Shown: positions 47,601 to 59,830 of the stretch, piece after piece | How the letters are laid out: each line of letters starts with the position of its first letter | Numbering within the stretch: position 1 is the first letter of the stretch | Assembly (NCBI RefSeq): GCF_963921235.1 | Contig: NC_086109.1 | Location: 31,932,001 to 31,996,000 of the forward strand | Direction of reading: 5' to 3' | DNA from: Mobula hypostoma | Taxonomy: Eukaryota | DNA: 64,000 nt | Position numbers and translations under genes: made by a program | Notes under the pieces: model-generated | What the model was told of the DNA's origin: nothing | What the model saw: only the letters and a program-made list of their open reading frames with translations | Database searches by the model: none

Positions 47601-49364
47601 ATTTAAAATGTACTTTGCCACAAGTAAGGTGCTGGAAGATTGGAGGATTGCTAGTGTACCATTGTTTAGAAAGAAAGAGTTGTGAAATTATAGGCTGGTG
47701 AGGCTGAATTTAGCAGTGTGTCAGTTATTGGAAGGCATTCTAAGGGATCAGATATATAAGTATTTAGATAGACAGGGACCGATTAGGGATGGTCATCATG
47801 GCCTTTTGCATGGTAGGTCATGTCTAACAAATCCTACTGAGTTTGTGGGAAGTATCAGGAAAATTAATGAAAGGGAAGACAGCAGATGTTGTCTAAGTGG
47901 ATTTTAGTGTGCCCTTTGAAGAGTTCTCTCATAGGAGGTTGGTCAATAAGATTCAGTTGATTGGAATTCGGAATAAATTGGAAGTGACATTGGCTTCGCG
48001 GGAGAAGGCAGAGAGTGATCCTAGATGTTTGCCTCTCAGACTGGAGCCCCGTGACCAGTGATGCGCTGCAAGGAACAGTACTGGGTCAGTTACTGTTTGT
48101 CATCTATATCAACGATCTCAATGATAATGTGGTAAACAAATCTGCAGATGACAACAAGATTGATGGCATAGTAGACCATGAAGAAGACTATCAAAGCTTG
48201 CAACAGGATCTAGACCCTGGAATTCAATGCAGATATGTGTGAGTTATTGCACCTTCGAAAGACAAACCCGGGGAGAACCTACACTGTGAACAGTAGGGCA
48301 TTGAAGAGTGGGGTAGAACAGAGGGATCTGGGAATACAGACCCATAATTCCTTGAAAATGGCATCACAGGTAGATAGGATCATAAAGAGAGCTTTGGAGA
48401 TATTTGCCTTCATAAATCAAGGTATTGAGTACAGGATTTGGGATGCTATGTTGAAGTTGTATGAAGTATTGGTGAGACCTAAGTTGGAGTGTTGTGCAGT
48501 TCTGGTCTTCTACCTACAGGAAAGATATCAATAAGACTGAAAGAGTACAGGGAAAATTTGCAAGGATGTTCCTGGAACTTGAGGACCTGGGTTATTGGGA
48601 AAAGATGAATAGGTTAGGAATTTATTCCCTGGAATATAGGGAAATGAGGGTAGATTTGATAGCAGTATACAAAATTATGAGGGTTATAGATTGGGTAAAT
48701 GCAAACATGCTTTTTCCACTGAGGTTGGGTGAGATTAGAACTAAAGGTTGTGTATTAAGTCTGAAGGGTGAAATATTTATCGGGAACGTAAGGGAAATCT
48801 TCTTCACTTAGATGGTAGTGAAAATGTCGAATGTGCTGCTTGCAGAAGTGATGGATGTGGGTTCAATTTCAACACTTAAGTTTGGGTAAGTATGGATGGG
48901 AGGAGTGTGGAGGGCTATGATTCCGGTGCAGGCTGATGGGATGGACTAGGTGAGCTGAAAGGATTGTTTCTGTGCTATAGAGATTGAGAAGCCAGTTAAG
49001 GGAGAAAAACATAAATCAGAACGAAGAATACAGTAAAACTCTGATAGATCCCCTATCCAATTATTTGGAAATACCCATAGTTTAACATCTGGCTCATGGT
49101 CTTTTAAGCTTCCTGAAAATTCATGGGGTTCCTGATTCCTGCAGTCCCCTGAAAGTCACCGGGATCTCCATTCCTCTGTTGTTCCAAAACCTAACAGATT
49201 CCCATTTAAACTTACTAAATTCAATGGAAATGTTATATTACTGTGCAACTAATGACAAATGAGTATCAACTATTGTATAATAGGGTATTAATGAGACAAA
49301 CTTCAATAGCGCAGGAAAACATGCTACTCCAACATCACCAAAGCCCTAAATATGCAGTATTAAG

Positions 49365-50058
49365 AGCATAAGCAATAAGATCAGGTGTAGGCCATCTGGC
49401 CCATGGAGTCTGCTTCACCCTTCAATAAGATCATGGCTGATCTGGCCATGGACTCATCTCCACCTACCTGCCTTTTCCCCATAACCCTTAATTCTCCTAC
49501 TATGCAAAAATCTATCCAACCTTGTCTTAAATACATTTACTGAGGTAGCCTCCACTGCTTCATTGGGCAGAGAATTCCACAGATTCACCACCCTTTGGGA
49601 AAAACATTTCCTCCTCATCTCTGTCCTAAATCCACTCCCCTGAATCTTGAGGCTATGTCCCCAAGTTCTAGTCTCACCTACCAGTAGAAACAACTTTCCT
49701 CCCTCTAGCTTATCTATCCATTTTATAATTTTTTATCTTTCTATAAGGCCTCCTCTCATTCTTCTGAATTCCAGCAAGTACAGTCCCAGGTGACTCAATC
49801 TCTCCTCATAGTCTAACCCCTTCATCTCTGGAATCAACCTGGTGAACCTCCTCTGCACCGCCTCCAAAGCCAGTATATCCTTCCTCAAGTAAGGAGACTA
49901 GAATTGCATGCAGTACTCCAGGTGTGGCCTCACCAGTACCTTGTACAGTTGCAGCATAACCTCTCTGCTCTTAAATTCAATCCCTCTAACAATGAAGGCC
50001 AACATTCTATTTGCCTTCTTGATCGCCTGCTGCACCTGCAAACCAGCCTTTTGTGGTT
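49365..50058 (-). mobile_element. CR1 3' end (different subfamily)
   Basis: QQAIKKANRMLAFI...LVRPHLEYCMQF; FSQRVVNLWNSLP...FKTRLDRFL. Confidence 0.9.
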
Positions 50059-50269
50059 CATAGATTATCAAAGCTTTACTACAAGAATTCAAGTGTTATT
50101 CAGATATAATTCTACAGATAATTGTTTACCATTCAATTCCTTTAGAAATTATTGCGAGATTTATACTGTGAGAAACCTACGTCTGGTCGCATTGCTCCTC
50201 AATGCTCTTTGGTGGCAGAACTTTTCCCACAAATTCTGCGCCTCACTTCTATGTAGTGATACTCATATC

Positions 50270-50935
50270 CACTGTACCATAATTCAGTATCACACAGTGA
50301 CAGAACTGATCCCACCAGTAATGTACCTTGGGGTTATACAGTAATAGACCAATATCAGCCTTACTGAACATCAGTGTCATACAATGACATATTTGTTCCC
50401 ACCAGTTCTTCACTTCACTGTCATAGTATGACAATCTGGATCTCATTCATTGTACCTCATTTTTATATTATTAAAGACCAGTTTTCCCCCCAATACTGCA
50501 CTGTGATATGTATGCATATTTCATCTACCAGTATCACATCTCAAATTTATTCTGACAGACTTGTTCCTGTCAGTGCTACTCCTCGGTGTTATACACTGAC
50601 AGACTGTTATCACCAGTGCAGCACTCTGTTGTCAAGCAGTGACAAGATGCTACCAGTACTGCTTCAGAGAATCGCACATTGATGCTTATATGCCATCAGA
50701 ATGGCAGGGTATTGTCAGTGACTGCCCTATTCCGTTCAGAACTGCACCTTGGTGACAAACCTATTCTCACCAGTACCATGACCCAATGTTGAACAGTGAC
50801 TGAGTTTTTCCTCACCATTTCTGCACGTTAGTATCAAACGGTGTCAGATTTGTTCCTTCAAGTATTGCGCTCCAGTGTCATAAAGTGGCAAACCTGGTAC
50901 CACTGGAAATGCACCTTTGTCATACAGAGACCTCT
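50270..50935 (+). repeat. Highly decayed minisatellite, ~43-45-nt unit
   Basis: Recurrent 'caccagta...cagtg/ttata..cagtgacaga' phrases at roughly constant spacing. Confidence 0.65.
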
Positions 50936-51039
50936 TCACATCAGAGCATCCAGAAAAATGCTACTGCTTCAAGACTAAAGAAATTACAAGATCAAATCTT
51001 TTGAATTAAGATATCCGTTTGTCAGTCCAGAAGTCACTT

Positions 51040-51365
51040 AGTTCAAAGTTCAAAGTAAATTTATTATCAAAGTTCATATCTGTCACTGTATACAACCCTG
51101 AGATATAATTTCTTGCAGACATTTGCAGTAGAACAAGAAATACAAAAGAACCAATGAAAAGTACACACATACACTGACAAATAATAAAGAATATGAGTAG
51201 TAGAGTCCTTGAAAGTGATTCCATAGGTTGCGGAATCAGTTTAGTGTTGAGGTGAGTGAAGTTCTTCACACTGATTCAGGAGCTCAATAATTGAGGGATA
51301 ATAACTGTATCTGAGCCTAATGTTGTGGGACCCAAGTCTCCTGTACCTTCTTTCTGATGGCATTT
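51040..51365 (-). mobile_element. Rex1-type 3' tail element (family of 20695-21310)
   Basis: 'agttcaaagttcaaagtaaatttattatcaaag...agagtccttgaaagtga'. Confidence 0.65.
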
Positions 51366-51963
51366 TTGTCTATTTCCTCATGAGCTATGGATTCTAATCT
51401 CCTGATCAGTCTTAGTTAGCTTGTGCAGAGTCACTGGACCTCATTTCCCAGTATTTTTGGTTTATCTAGCAAAACTTATACTTCAATACTTGGATCTTTG
51501 TATTCCACTTTGCCTTGAGCCAATTAGGCATTACTGCTCCAGCACAGCTGAAAAGGCAACATCCAACATGACACCTTCAGACAAAACAGAATATCCTTCT
51601 CAGACTTTGCTGCATGAATGTTGCCAAAACTTAATCAAATTTAGTCTGTGGTTCTTCGTCCAAAATAATGAAGAATTTGAAACTGAGGCTCCTATTAAGA
51701 GGTGGGTTTTCTGGTGGAGTTTACTTTTCTCCATTTAATCTTAAATCTGTTGATATACAGGGCAAAACCTGAATTTTCTAAATAACTCTCCCTCATTGGA
51801 GGTCTTGTAGGAAGAAAAAGAAAATAACAACATCACATCAATTTGAAGTCAAAGCTGCACATACATTACATACATGCTAAAGGCCATAAAATGATGGCGA
51901 GATAGACTCTGATTAGAAAATATTTTTACAAAGTAGTCAATGCAAAAGGCACTGTCTGAGTGG

Positions 51964-52210
51964 TGTTATGTTTTGTAACTCCAAAACATAAAACTAATTG
52001 AAAGAAAAACATGAAAGTCAGTGATAGCTTGTGTACTTTTAGTTCTACTTTAGTGAGGCACAGAAATATAATGTGGTGATGTAATGACAACGACATTCAC
52101 ATACTTTTATACATAACCCGAACTGAATTATGTAAATGGCAAAGAATGCTTAATCACACAGTATATTTACAATATTACTCAAATATTACTGAAATATTAA
52201 ATTCACAACA
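51964..52210 (-). mobile_element. Solo LTR (247 bp)
   Basis: tgttatg...cacaaca termini; flanks agtgg / agttg (4/5 TSD); TATA 'tgtataaaaag' on minus strand. Confidence 0.6.
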
Positions 52211-53749
52211 AGTTGGAGTGCTTCTATTTGATCTAGAGAGTGCCAACATTCAGAGGAATGCAAACTGACCAAGAGGAAAGAGCATACTGGCAGAAAGAGA
52301 GAGCACAAACAAATGGAGAGCATTGCACACCATTTGTGTGAGAGAGTGAGACATATAATAGCAAACTTAATGAAAGCTGCTAAAAGCTAAACATTGAAAT
52401 AACTTAACTAAGTGAAATTATACAGCAAGATCCACTGAAAACTGTTTACTGTGGGGATCCTTTTGAAAGAGTGTGATTCCCATTTAAAGACTGCTAAAAA
52501 GTTGATTAGAGTTTGCATTACTGCAGCGTACATTTGGGTACTGTGTAAAACATATTTCTGATTCATCTGATACGTGAAAGCTGAAGAGAGAAAATCCTGT
52601 GCTCACAAGTCAGACAAGCCTTTCAGTCTCCAAATTAACTATTGTTAATAACATTAATTTGTGACTGAAAATTTGCATCTGTAAATTCAAAGATGCACAA
52701 AACGCACCAAGCACGAGGACAAAATGCCATTCCAGTATTAGGTGCATTACGTCAACTAGCGATTTCTTATCATGAAAACATTGCTGTGGTCGTGCTTCAA
52801 CTGTTGGAATTCCTTACCACTGTGGCACCAAAATTAATTTACACTGTTTCTTGGAAATTCAGACTGATTTTTCTTTCCTTCGCAACATACATAAAATGCT
52901 GAATAAATTCAGTAGGTCAGACAGAATCCATGGAAATAAATGAACAGTCAATGTCTCGGGCTGAGACCCTTCTTCAGGACTGGAAAGGAAGGGGGAAGTC
53001 AACAGACTAAAAAGGTGAGGGAGGGGATGGAGGACAGTTAGAAGGTGATAGTGAAGTCTGCTGCAAGAGATAGGTAAAGGGCTGGAGATGAAGCAATCTG
53101 TAAGGACATGAGATGAGAGCACAGGAGAATGGGATGAAGGAGGGGCGCCAGGGGGAGGTGATAGGCAGGTTAGAAGAGGTAAGAGGCCAGATTAGGGAAC
53201 AGAAGAAGAGAAGAGTGGGAGGGAAAGGATATTTTTACTGGAAGAAGAAATCAATGTCCATGCCATCAGGTTGGAGTCTACCCAGTTGGAATATGAGGTG
53301 TTGCTTCTCCACGACCCCAGCAGATTCGCAGGTGAAGTGTTTCCTCACCTGTAAGGACAGTTTGGAGCTCTGAATGGAGGTGAGGGAGGAGGTGTATGGG
53401 CTGGTGTAGCACTTGCAGGGTTAAGTGCTGGAAGGAAGATTACTGGGAAGAGATGAATGGACAAGGGAATCACAAAGGGAAAAATCCCTACTGAAAGTAG
53501 AGAGTGGGGAGGGGGAGGGGGAGGTAAAGGTGCATTTGGTGGTAGGATCCTTTTGGAGATGGCAGAAGTTATGGAGAATGATGTGCTGCATACAAAGGTA
53601 CATAGGGTGGAGGAAAAGACCACAGAAACTCCATCACTGTTAAGGCGGTGGGAAAATGGAATGCAAGGATGTCAAGGAAATGGAGGAGATGTGTCTGAGG
53701 GTAGCATCAATTGTGGAAGAAGGGAAACCCCGTTCTTTGAAGAAGGAGG

Positions 53750-55340
53750 ATGACACAAAGGTTGGAGGTGTTGTAGATAGTGTGGAGGGCTGTCAGAGGT
53801 TACAGCAGGACATTGATAGGATGCAAAACTGGGCTGAGAAGTGGCAGATGGATTTCAACCCAGATAAGTGTGAAGTGGTTCATTTTGGTAGGTCAAATAT
53901 GATGGAAGAATATAGTATTAATGGTAAGACCTGGGAGGGTGGAGAAGATGGCGGCACGACGGCAGCACGCGCGGCCACCGGTGATGATATCTGTTATCTG
54001 TCAAGTAGGGGACCATGCACAATTCTGATTTGATGGAGATAGGCGTGAGAGCACGGAGGAACATCTGGAAAATTTCTGAAATGCCCGCTTTGCTGCCGCT
54101 GCTACTGTGTGGTAACCAGAAGCTCCAGAGCTGAAGGCCTTGAAATCCTCGGCTTTGCGTGTTTCAGCGGCCGGGGAGAGGTCAAAGGCTCTCAGCAGAG
54201 GATGGCACTGGGGAGGCTGTATTGGAGAGGCTGGTCGGAAGCTCGGAGTTTTCAGACGGATAGACTCAGTGTCGGCTGTGGTCGGGTGTTTCCAAGGTAT
54301 CGGCAAGTTGACGGTGCCTGGAGGTTTATGGCAGGGAGTTTCTCCCTTTTGCTGCCTGCTGTCAGGGACTCGGGAGTCGATCGACTCGGGACTTTGAGAC
54401 TTTTTAAGAATGTGCTCATGGTCTGTTCTTCATCAAATTATGGTATTGCTTTGCACTGTTGTAACTATATGTTATAATTATGTGGTTCTGTCAGTGTTAG
54501 TCTTTGGTCTGTCCTGTTTTCTGTGATATCACTCCGGAGAAACATTGTATCAGTTCTTAATGCACGTATGCATTTCTAAATGCCAATAAAAGAGGACTGA
54601 GTGTTCTCATAATCTAAATCTAAGACTCTTGACAGTGTGGAGGATCAGAGGGATCTTGGGGTCCGAGTCCATAGGACGCTCAAAGCACCTGCGCAGGTTG
54701 ACTCTGTGGCTAACAAGGCATACGGTGTATTGGCCTTCATCAGTCATGGAATTTAATTTAGGAGCCAAAAGGTAACGTTGCAGCTATATAGGACCCTGGT
54801 CAGACCCTACTTGGAGTACTGTGCTCAGTTCTGGTCGCCTCACTACAGGAAGGATGTGGAAAACATAGAAAGGGTGCAGAAGAGATTTACAAGGATGTTG
54901 CCTGGATTGGGGAGCATACCTTATGAAAACAGGTTGAGTGAACTTGGCCTTTTTTCCTTGGAGTGACGAAGGATGAGGGGTGACCTGATAGAGGTGTATA
55001 CGATGATGAGAGGCATTGATTATGTGGATAGTCAGAGGCTTTTTCCCAGGGCTGAAGTGGTTGCCACAAGAGGACACAGGTTTAAGGTGCTTGGGAGTAG
55101 GTACAGAGGAGATGTCAGAGGTAAGTTTTTTTTTTACACAGACAGTGGTGAGTGCGTGGAATGGGCTGCCGGCAGCTGTGGTGGAGGCGGATAAAATAGG
55201 GTCTTTTAAGAGACTTTTGGATAGGTACATGGAGCTTAGAAAAATAGAGGGCTATGGGTAAGCCTAGTAATATCCAAGGTAGGGACATGTTCAGAACAAC
55301 TTTGTGGGCCGAAGGGCCTGTATTGTGCTGTAAGTTTTCT
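53750..55340 (+). mobile_element. 5'-truncated CR1 (family of 1908-6134), itself interrupted
   Basis: DDTKVGGVVDS...; near-identical to 5238-6134 apart from the 53931-54620 insert. Confidence 0.92.
53931..54620 (+). mobile_element. Non-coding retroposon, (TCTAA)n-tail family, copy 3 (apparently complete)
   Basis: aagatggcgg at 53945-53954; AATAAA, gaggac..gttctc hairpin, 'taatctaaatc' tail; TSD taagac 53925-53930 / 54621-54626 confirmed against the empty site at ~5414. Confidence 0.88.
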
Positions 55341-57012
55341 ATGTTTCTCTGTTTCTCTGATGTTCTGGCTAGGAAAGCCTCATCTTGGAAACAGATATGG
55401 CAGAGATGAAAGAACTGAGAGAAAGTAATAGTGTTTTTTTACAGGAGACAGAGTGAGAAGAGGTATAGTGTAGATAGCCATGGGAATTGGTAGGTTTATA
55501 AAAGATGTCAGTCAACAGTTTGTCTCCAGAGATGGAGGCAGAGTGATCAAGAAAGGGGAGGGAAGTGTTGAAAATAGACCTAGTGAAATTAAGGACAGAG
55601 TAGAAGATGGAGGCAAATTTGATGAAGTTGATGAACTTAGCACGTGTGTTTTTTCTGTCCTTCATAAGTTTCAAAATGGTCCACTTTCACAAAAATTTCC
55701 AAGCAGACATTTTGACTTAAGTAGAATATTCTTTTTTCATTTTCCAGAAATTGAATTTTGAATGTCTCGCTACCTAGTTTTTGAAGGGAACTATCAATAG
55801 GGTGTGAGCTAAATCAATCATATGAATATTTAAATTTGATCTGTTCCTTTGTTTTTGACCTATAACAGATTAAATCTGCAATGTTGTGTCTGGATTTCTG
55901 CAACAGGATATATTTGGTTTAAAAATCCTTGTGGTATCAGGATTTTAAACTATCTGTTTACTGCACTTGTATTTAAAGGAACAGCCACTCCTGAATCCAA
56001 AATTTAAAATGAATCCCTCATTTGTGTCACAGAGCAATAGGAGGTTAAACGATCAGTAGGACAGTGTTGTGGTTGCCGCTGTAGCTTAAGGACAAATGAT
56101 ATGAAGACTAGTCCATGAGAATAACCATCCTATAATCCTACTGATGTCATTCACAACACAATTTGCTAAGATTAAAAATTGGAACATTTTAAGTGCATAA
56201 TACTTGGTAATCCACTGTACATTATACCTACGACCTTGTTCAAAATAAAATCTTACAGGTCATGGGCATATCATGGCAAATCATGAACATAACATTTCAA
56301 TGTTTTGTGCTAGACTGGGGTGCCATTATGTCTGGGTGTCTCCACTGAGTGCATCAAAAACCTGGAAGAAATTTCATAGTCTTTATGGACTGGGATGTTC
56401 CCAGCTGCTCTTGGCTCTTGCCTTTCTTAGGAAATTCTCTGTTAGAAATGTTGTAGTGCACAATTGAGTTCCAAGACCAAGATAAGTTCAATCATCCCTT
56501 TCTCTTCAATTTTTTCAAAAAAAATTTAAGCTCCCAGCAATTAAATAGACTCACGATAGCTGTTCTCATGGTTTGTGCATTTACAGCAGGCAAGAGTGGC
56601 AGGTATTTCAGGCAATGTGAGTTCCTGGGATCAGTTCTGAATCAAAGTTGCTGACAGGTTGCTGCTGAAGTAATTTTAATATGTATCTGATGTCCCCATT
56701 GTGAGACCAAAACCATTAGCGTTCTGAGTTATTTACATTTTACCAGCAAACATTATGTTCAAACTGACTGAAAACATGACCAACAAAAGACTGAGTAAGG
56801 TTGTGAAAGGGGACAGTGTATCAAACAAATCAATTATGTTTCCTTTGGAGGACAATCACTTGATGAATAGGGGAGTGTCTGTCTTTATGGCCTACATGGA
56901 CTTCCAGATTTTATCTGTTATGGCTCTTCACAATTGATATTGGGAAAAATAAACAGATGTGTAAATCTAGTTTGTAAATAGTTAGCAGGGAGGAGAACCA
57001 ACTAAAGATTAA

Positions 57013-57015
57013 GGC

Positions 57016-57070
<55 letters not shown>

Positions 57071-57445
57071 ACGCACACAATACTGGCTGAACTCAGCAGG
57101 TCAGGCAGTGTCCATGGAAATGAATAGACAGTCAACATTTTGGGCCAAGACCCTTTTTCAGGATGAGAGAAGAAGTGGGAAAACGTCAGAATTAAAAGGT
57201 GTGGGGAGTGGAGGGAGGATAGCGAGAAGGTGATAGGTGAATCCAGGTGGGTAGGAAAGATAAAGGGCTAGAGAGGAAGGAATCTGATAGGAGAAAGGGA
57301 AGGAAGAGGAGATCCAGAGGGAGGTTATAGGCAGATGAGACAAGATAAGAGACCAGAGTGAGGAATAGAGGAAGAGGGGACAGGGAGGACTTTTTTTAAT
57401 ATATACCAGAAGGAGAAATCAATATTCATGCCATCAGGTTGAAGG
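57013..57445 (-). mobile_element. Penelope-like pLTR fragment with expanded (CA)n at 57017-57068
   Basis: Matches 52883-53280; the short 'acacac' run of the family is expanded into a long microsatellite. Confidence 0.82.
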
Positions 57446-57794
57446 CTAAAGATTTGGGTATGTTTTAGGGTATGGATGAAGAAATGTATATCCACACCTG
57501 CTAAAAGCACTACATTAAGAAGTTTGAAAGGTTTGTTATAGAGAGCAATAAAGATACAGGCGGAGAGACCTATTAATTACTTTCAAAATTTACTGCTTTT
57601 AATTTGGACTAAGTTAGCTCCAGGAAAGACAAACCAGAATATTTTCTAATTAGCAATTACTGTGTGCACTCTGGGTGTCCATTACTCTAAATTCCAATGT
57701 ACAAATAGAAAACGTAATCAAAAAGGCAAATGAAATTTTGCCAAACATGAAAAGTGTAAATTATGTGCCAGCTACACAGATTTCCAGAAGATAA

Positions 57795-57925
57795 TGATGG
57801 TCGGGAATTCACTGGCTGTAAAAGTGGCTGAAGTAAAAAGCCCTCACCATATTTCAAAATTACACGGATGTGTGATTGAAGAAATGGTCTCGTCAAATCT
57901 ATGGGCCCAGTGCTTGAAGGTGAAA
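57795..57925 (+). mobile_element. Ancient CR1 3' remnant
   Basis: 'gggaattcactggctgtaaaagtggctgaag...catatttcaaaattacacggatg...ctatgggcccagtgc' resembles WNSL..VVEA..FK..LD..GYGP. Confidence 0.45.
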
Positions 57926-59034
57926 TGAGGCTGCTCTGTTTTTTCTTAGAGGGCTAAGAATATCTTTCCGTGTCACAATATTTTTATGATTCTTTGATCA
58001 ATTTAAGAACTTGGAGTTAAGCATCTCTATATCCATCACCAATGGGCAGAATATATTACTTCAAAATTCCATTAGTTATTTTCATCATAGCTTCCAATTG
58101 CTAGATTATAAAAATTTGCTCCATGTGCAATTGGCAATTGCATAACCTCCTCCTGCAGAGACTCCCCAGGTAAATGGCAGTGGGCATCATTACTGTACCT
58201 TGCAACTTTCAGGGGGTATTATCGCTTCCAATACACCAGAAAGGATTAAAATTCACCTACTAGCATGAAAGTAGGCTGGGAGAGAAATGTAACTTTATAA
58301 ATGATAATTGAATTCTTGCACTACTAAAGGAGCATCAGTTATATTGAGTTTAATACTATTTTCACATATAACTTACTCTATAATTCTGTTTAGTTCCCTT
58401 GCAAAAATATTTCGATGGTGCTTGTTTTTAATTGAGTGTAGATCATTGCTTCTTCCATATACGGAAAATAATAAGAAATAAGTTTGTTACCACAATTATC
58501 CATATGAGTAAGAAAGAAGAACGGTTTGTTAAATGATTCACTGAACACGTTTAAGACTTTTATTTCATTTCTCTTTTAAATTGTTATTCCTTACCGTGTG
58601 CCACAGAAATAGTTGCCATTTTCTTTTGATTACATGCGGTCTTTAATATTCCACATTTATCAATTTTTTAATAATAATCTGAAGGCTATTCAGTTCTTTG
58701 GTGTTCCTCATAAGATCCAACCATATTAAAATTTTGCTACTCACATCGTTGTCCTCACTGGAAAGCTTACCACATGTAGACATGGAAATGTGCTCTGAGG
58801 AATCATTATTAAAACATAAATACAATCATCAAAGAACCTTTCCTGAATCAAAAATGATCATGCCAGGTAGATTAGTAATAATGTGGTGCAGCTATTCTGA
58901 ATCCTTGATGGAAATTCATAAAGGAACATACAGGTTGTGATATTTATGTGTTCCATCCATCACTGTAATATTCTGTGTGGCATTGCAGTATTATATCTTG
59001 ACTAAAAGGTATTTTATTACGTGTATAAAGTTCA

Positions 59035-59150
59035 AAAAGATCTGCAGATGCTGGAAATCTGAAACAAAATCAGAAAATGCTGAAGATCTTTAGATCAGGC
59101 AGCACCAGTGAAGAAAGAAACAAAGTTAATGTTTCAAATTGTTGACTTCA
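59035..59150 (-). mobile_element. Old Penelope-like pLTR remnant
   Basis: 'ctgcagatgctggaaatctgaaacaaaatcagaaaatgctg...tcaggcagcacc...gttaatgtttca'. Confidence 0.55.
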
Positions 59151-59504
59151 CAAGGCCTGAATAACTGGAACTCAAACATGTTTTAAGTCATAGGGAAGGG
59201 AGGAATGGAAAGAACGAAGGGAATGTCTGAAATAGAGTGCAGACCTAGAGTATCTGAATAATACAAGTGGCAGTGATACCGGCTCATAAAAGGTGGTTTA
59301 TTGACTGAACTTGATCTGTCTCAAGATGAAAATAGAAGGAATTAAATGGGTTCAAACAAGGCAAAATGATGTTGAAACAGAGATAAAATATTTCAGTGCT
59401 GGGAAAGATGACTTCAGAAGAAGATCATGTCCCATTTATGGAGAAGTAAAAGAAAGTTAACATTACTGGTTGATGACTATTTTTCAGAATGGGCAAGCTG
59501 CCAA

Positions 59505-59830
59505 AGTCAAAGTGGAGTGTATTGCCAGATGCACAAGCACAGCTGCAATGAAAATCTTGCAACAGCATCATGGGCACATAGCGTCATATAAACAGATACA
59601 CAAGAAAATTACAAGTTAAACATAAACTATACACTAATTTTGCAAGAGAAAAAACAATTAGAACAAAGACAGTCCATTTTAGTCTGAAGTGATTAAAATG
59701 GCAATAGTGTCACTTATACTGAGGTAGTGATTAGGGTAGTGATGTTTGCTTCAGGAAATGAATGGTTGAAGGAAAGTAGCTCTTCTTGAACTTGGTGGTG
59801 CTGGAGTTCAAGGTTTTGTACCTCCCATTT
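59505..59830 (-). mobile_element. Rex1-type 3' tail element
   Basis: 'gcaatgaaaatcttgc..cagcatca', 'ttcaggaaatgaatggttgaaggaaagtagctcttcttgaacttggtggtg'. Confidence 0.5.

Larger units (their letters stand above)
44770..48985 (+). mobile_element. Older CR1 ORF2 and 3' end, split by an RTE LINE and a short retroposon
   Basis: VKENPKSFYR (44900), resumes 'aggccagacaagg' ~47144, HHGLLHGRSCLTN, LQGTVLGQLLF, KSADDNK, LVRPKLECC, 3' end ~48980. Confidence 0.82.
52883..55645 (-). mobile_element. Penelope-like element (RT C-terminus, partly deleted GIY-YIG, pLTR), split by CR1
   Basis: LPFLD..SISGDKLLTDIFYKPTNSHGYLHYTSSH (55369-55640); 52883-53750 matches reverse of 13995-14915. Confidence 0.85.

Noticed and set aside
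47195..47606. Overlapping 117/135-aa ORFs with poly-N / poly-L
   Set aside because: The homopolymer comes from the (CAA)n tail of a TSD-flanked retroposon; GC-rich sequence lacks stops by composition
58698..58940. 80-aa ORF in unique sequence as a host exon (likewise 62302-62661, 49904-50682)
   Set aside because: No recognisable protein family, no convincing splice-site pair and no codon bias evident
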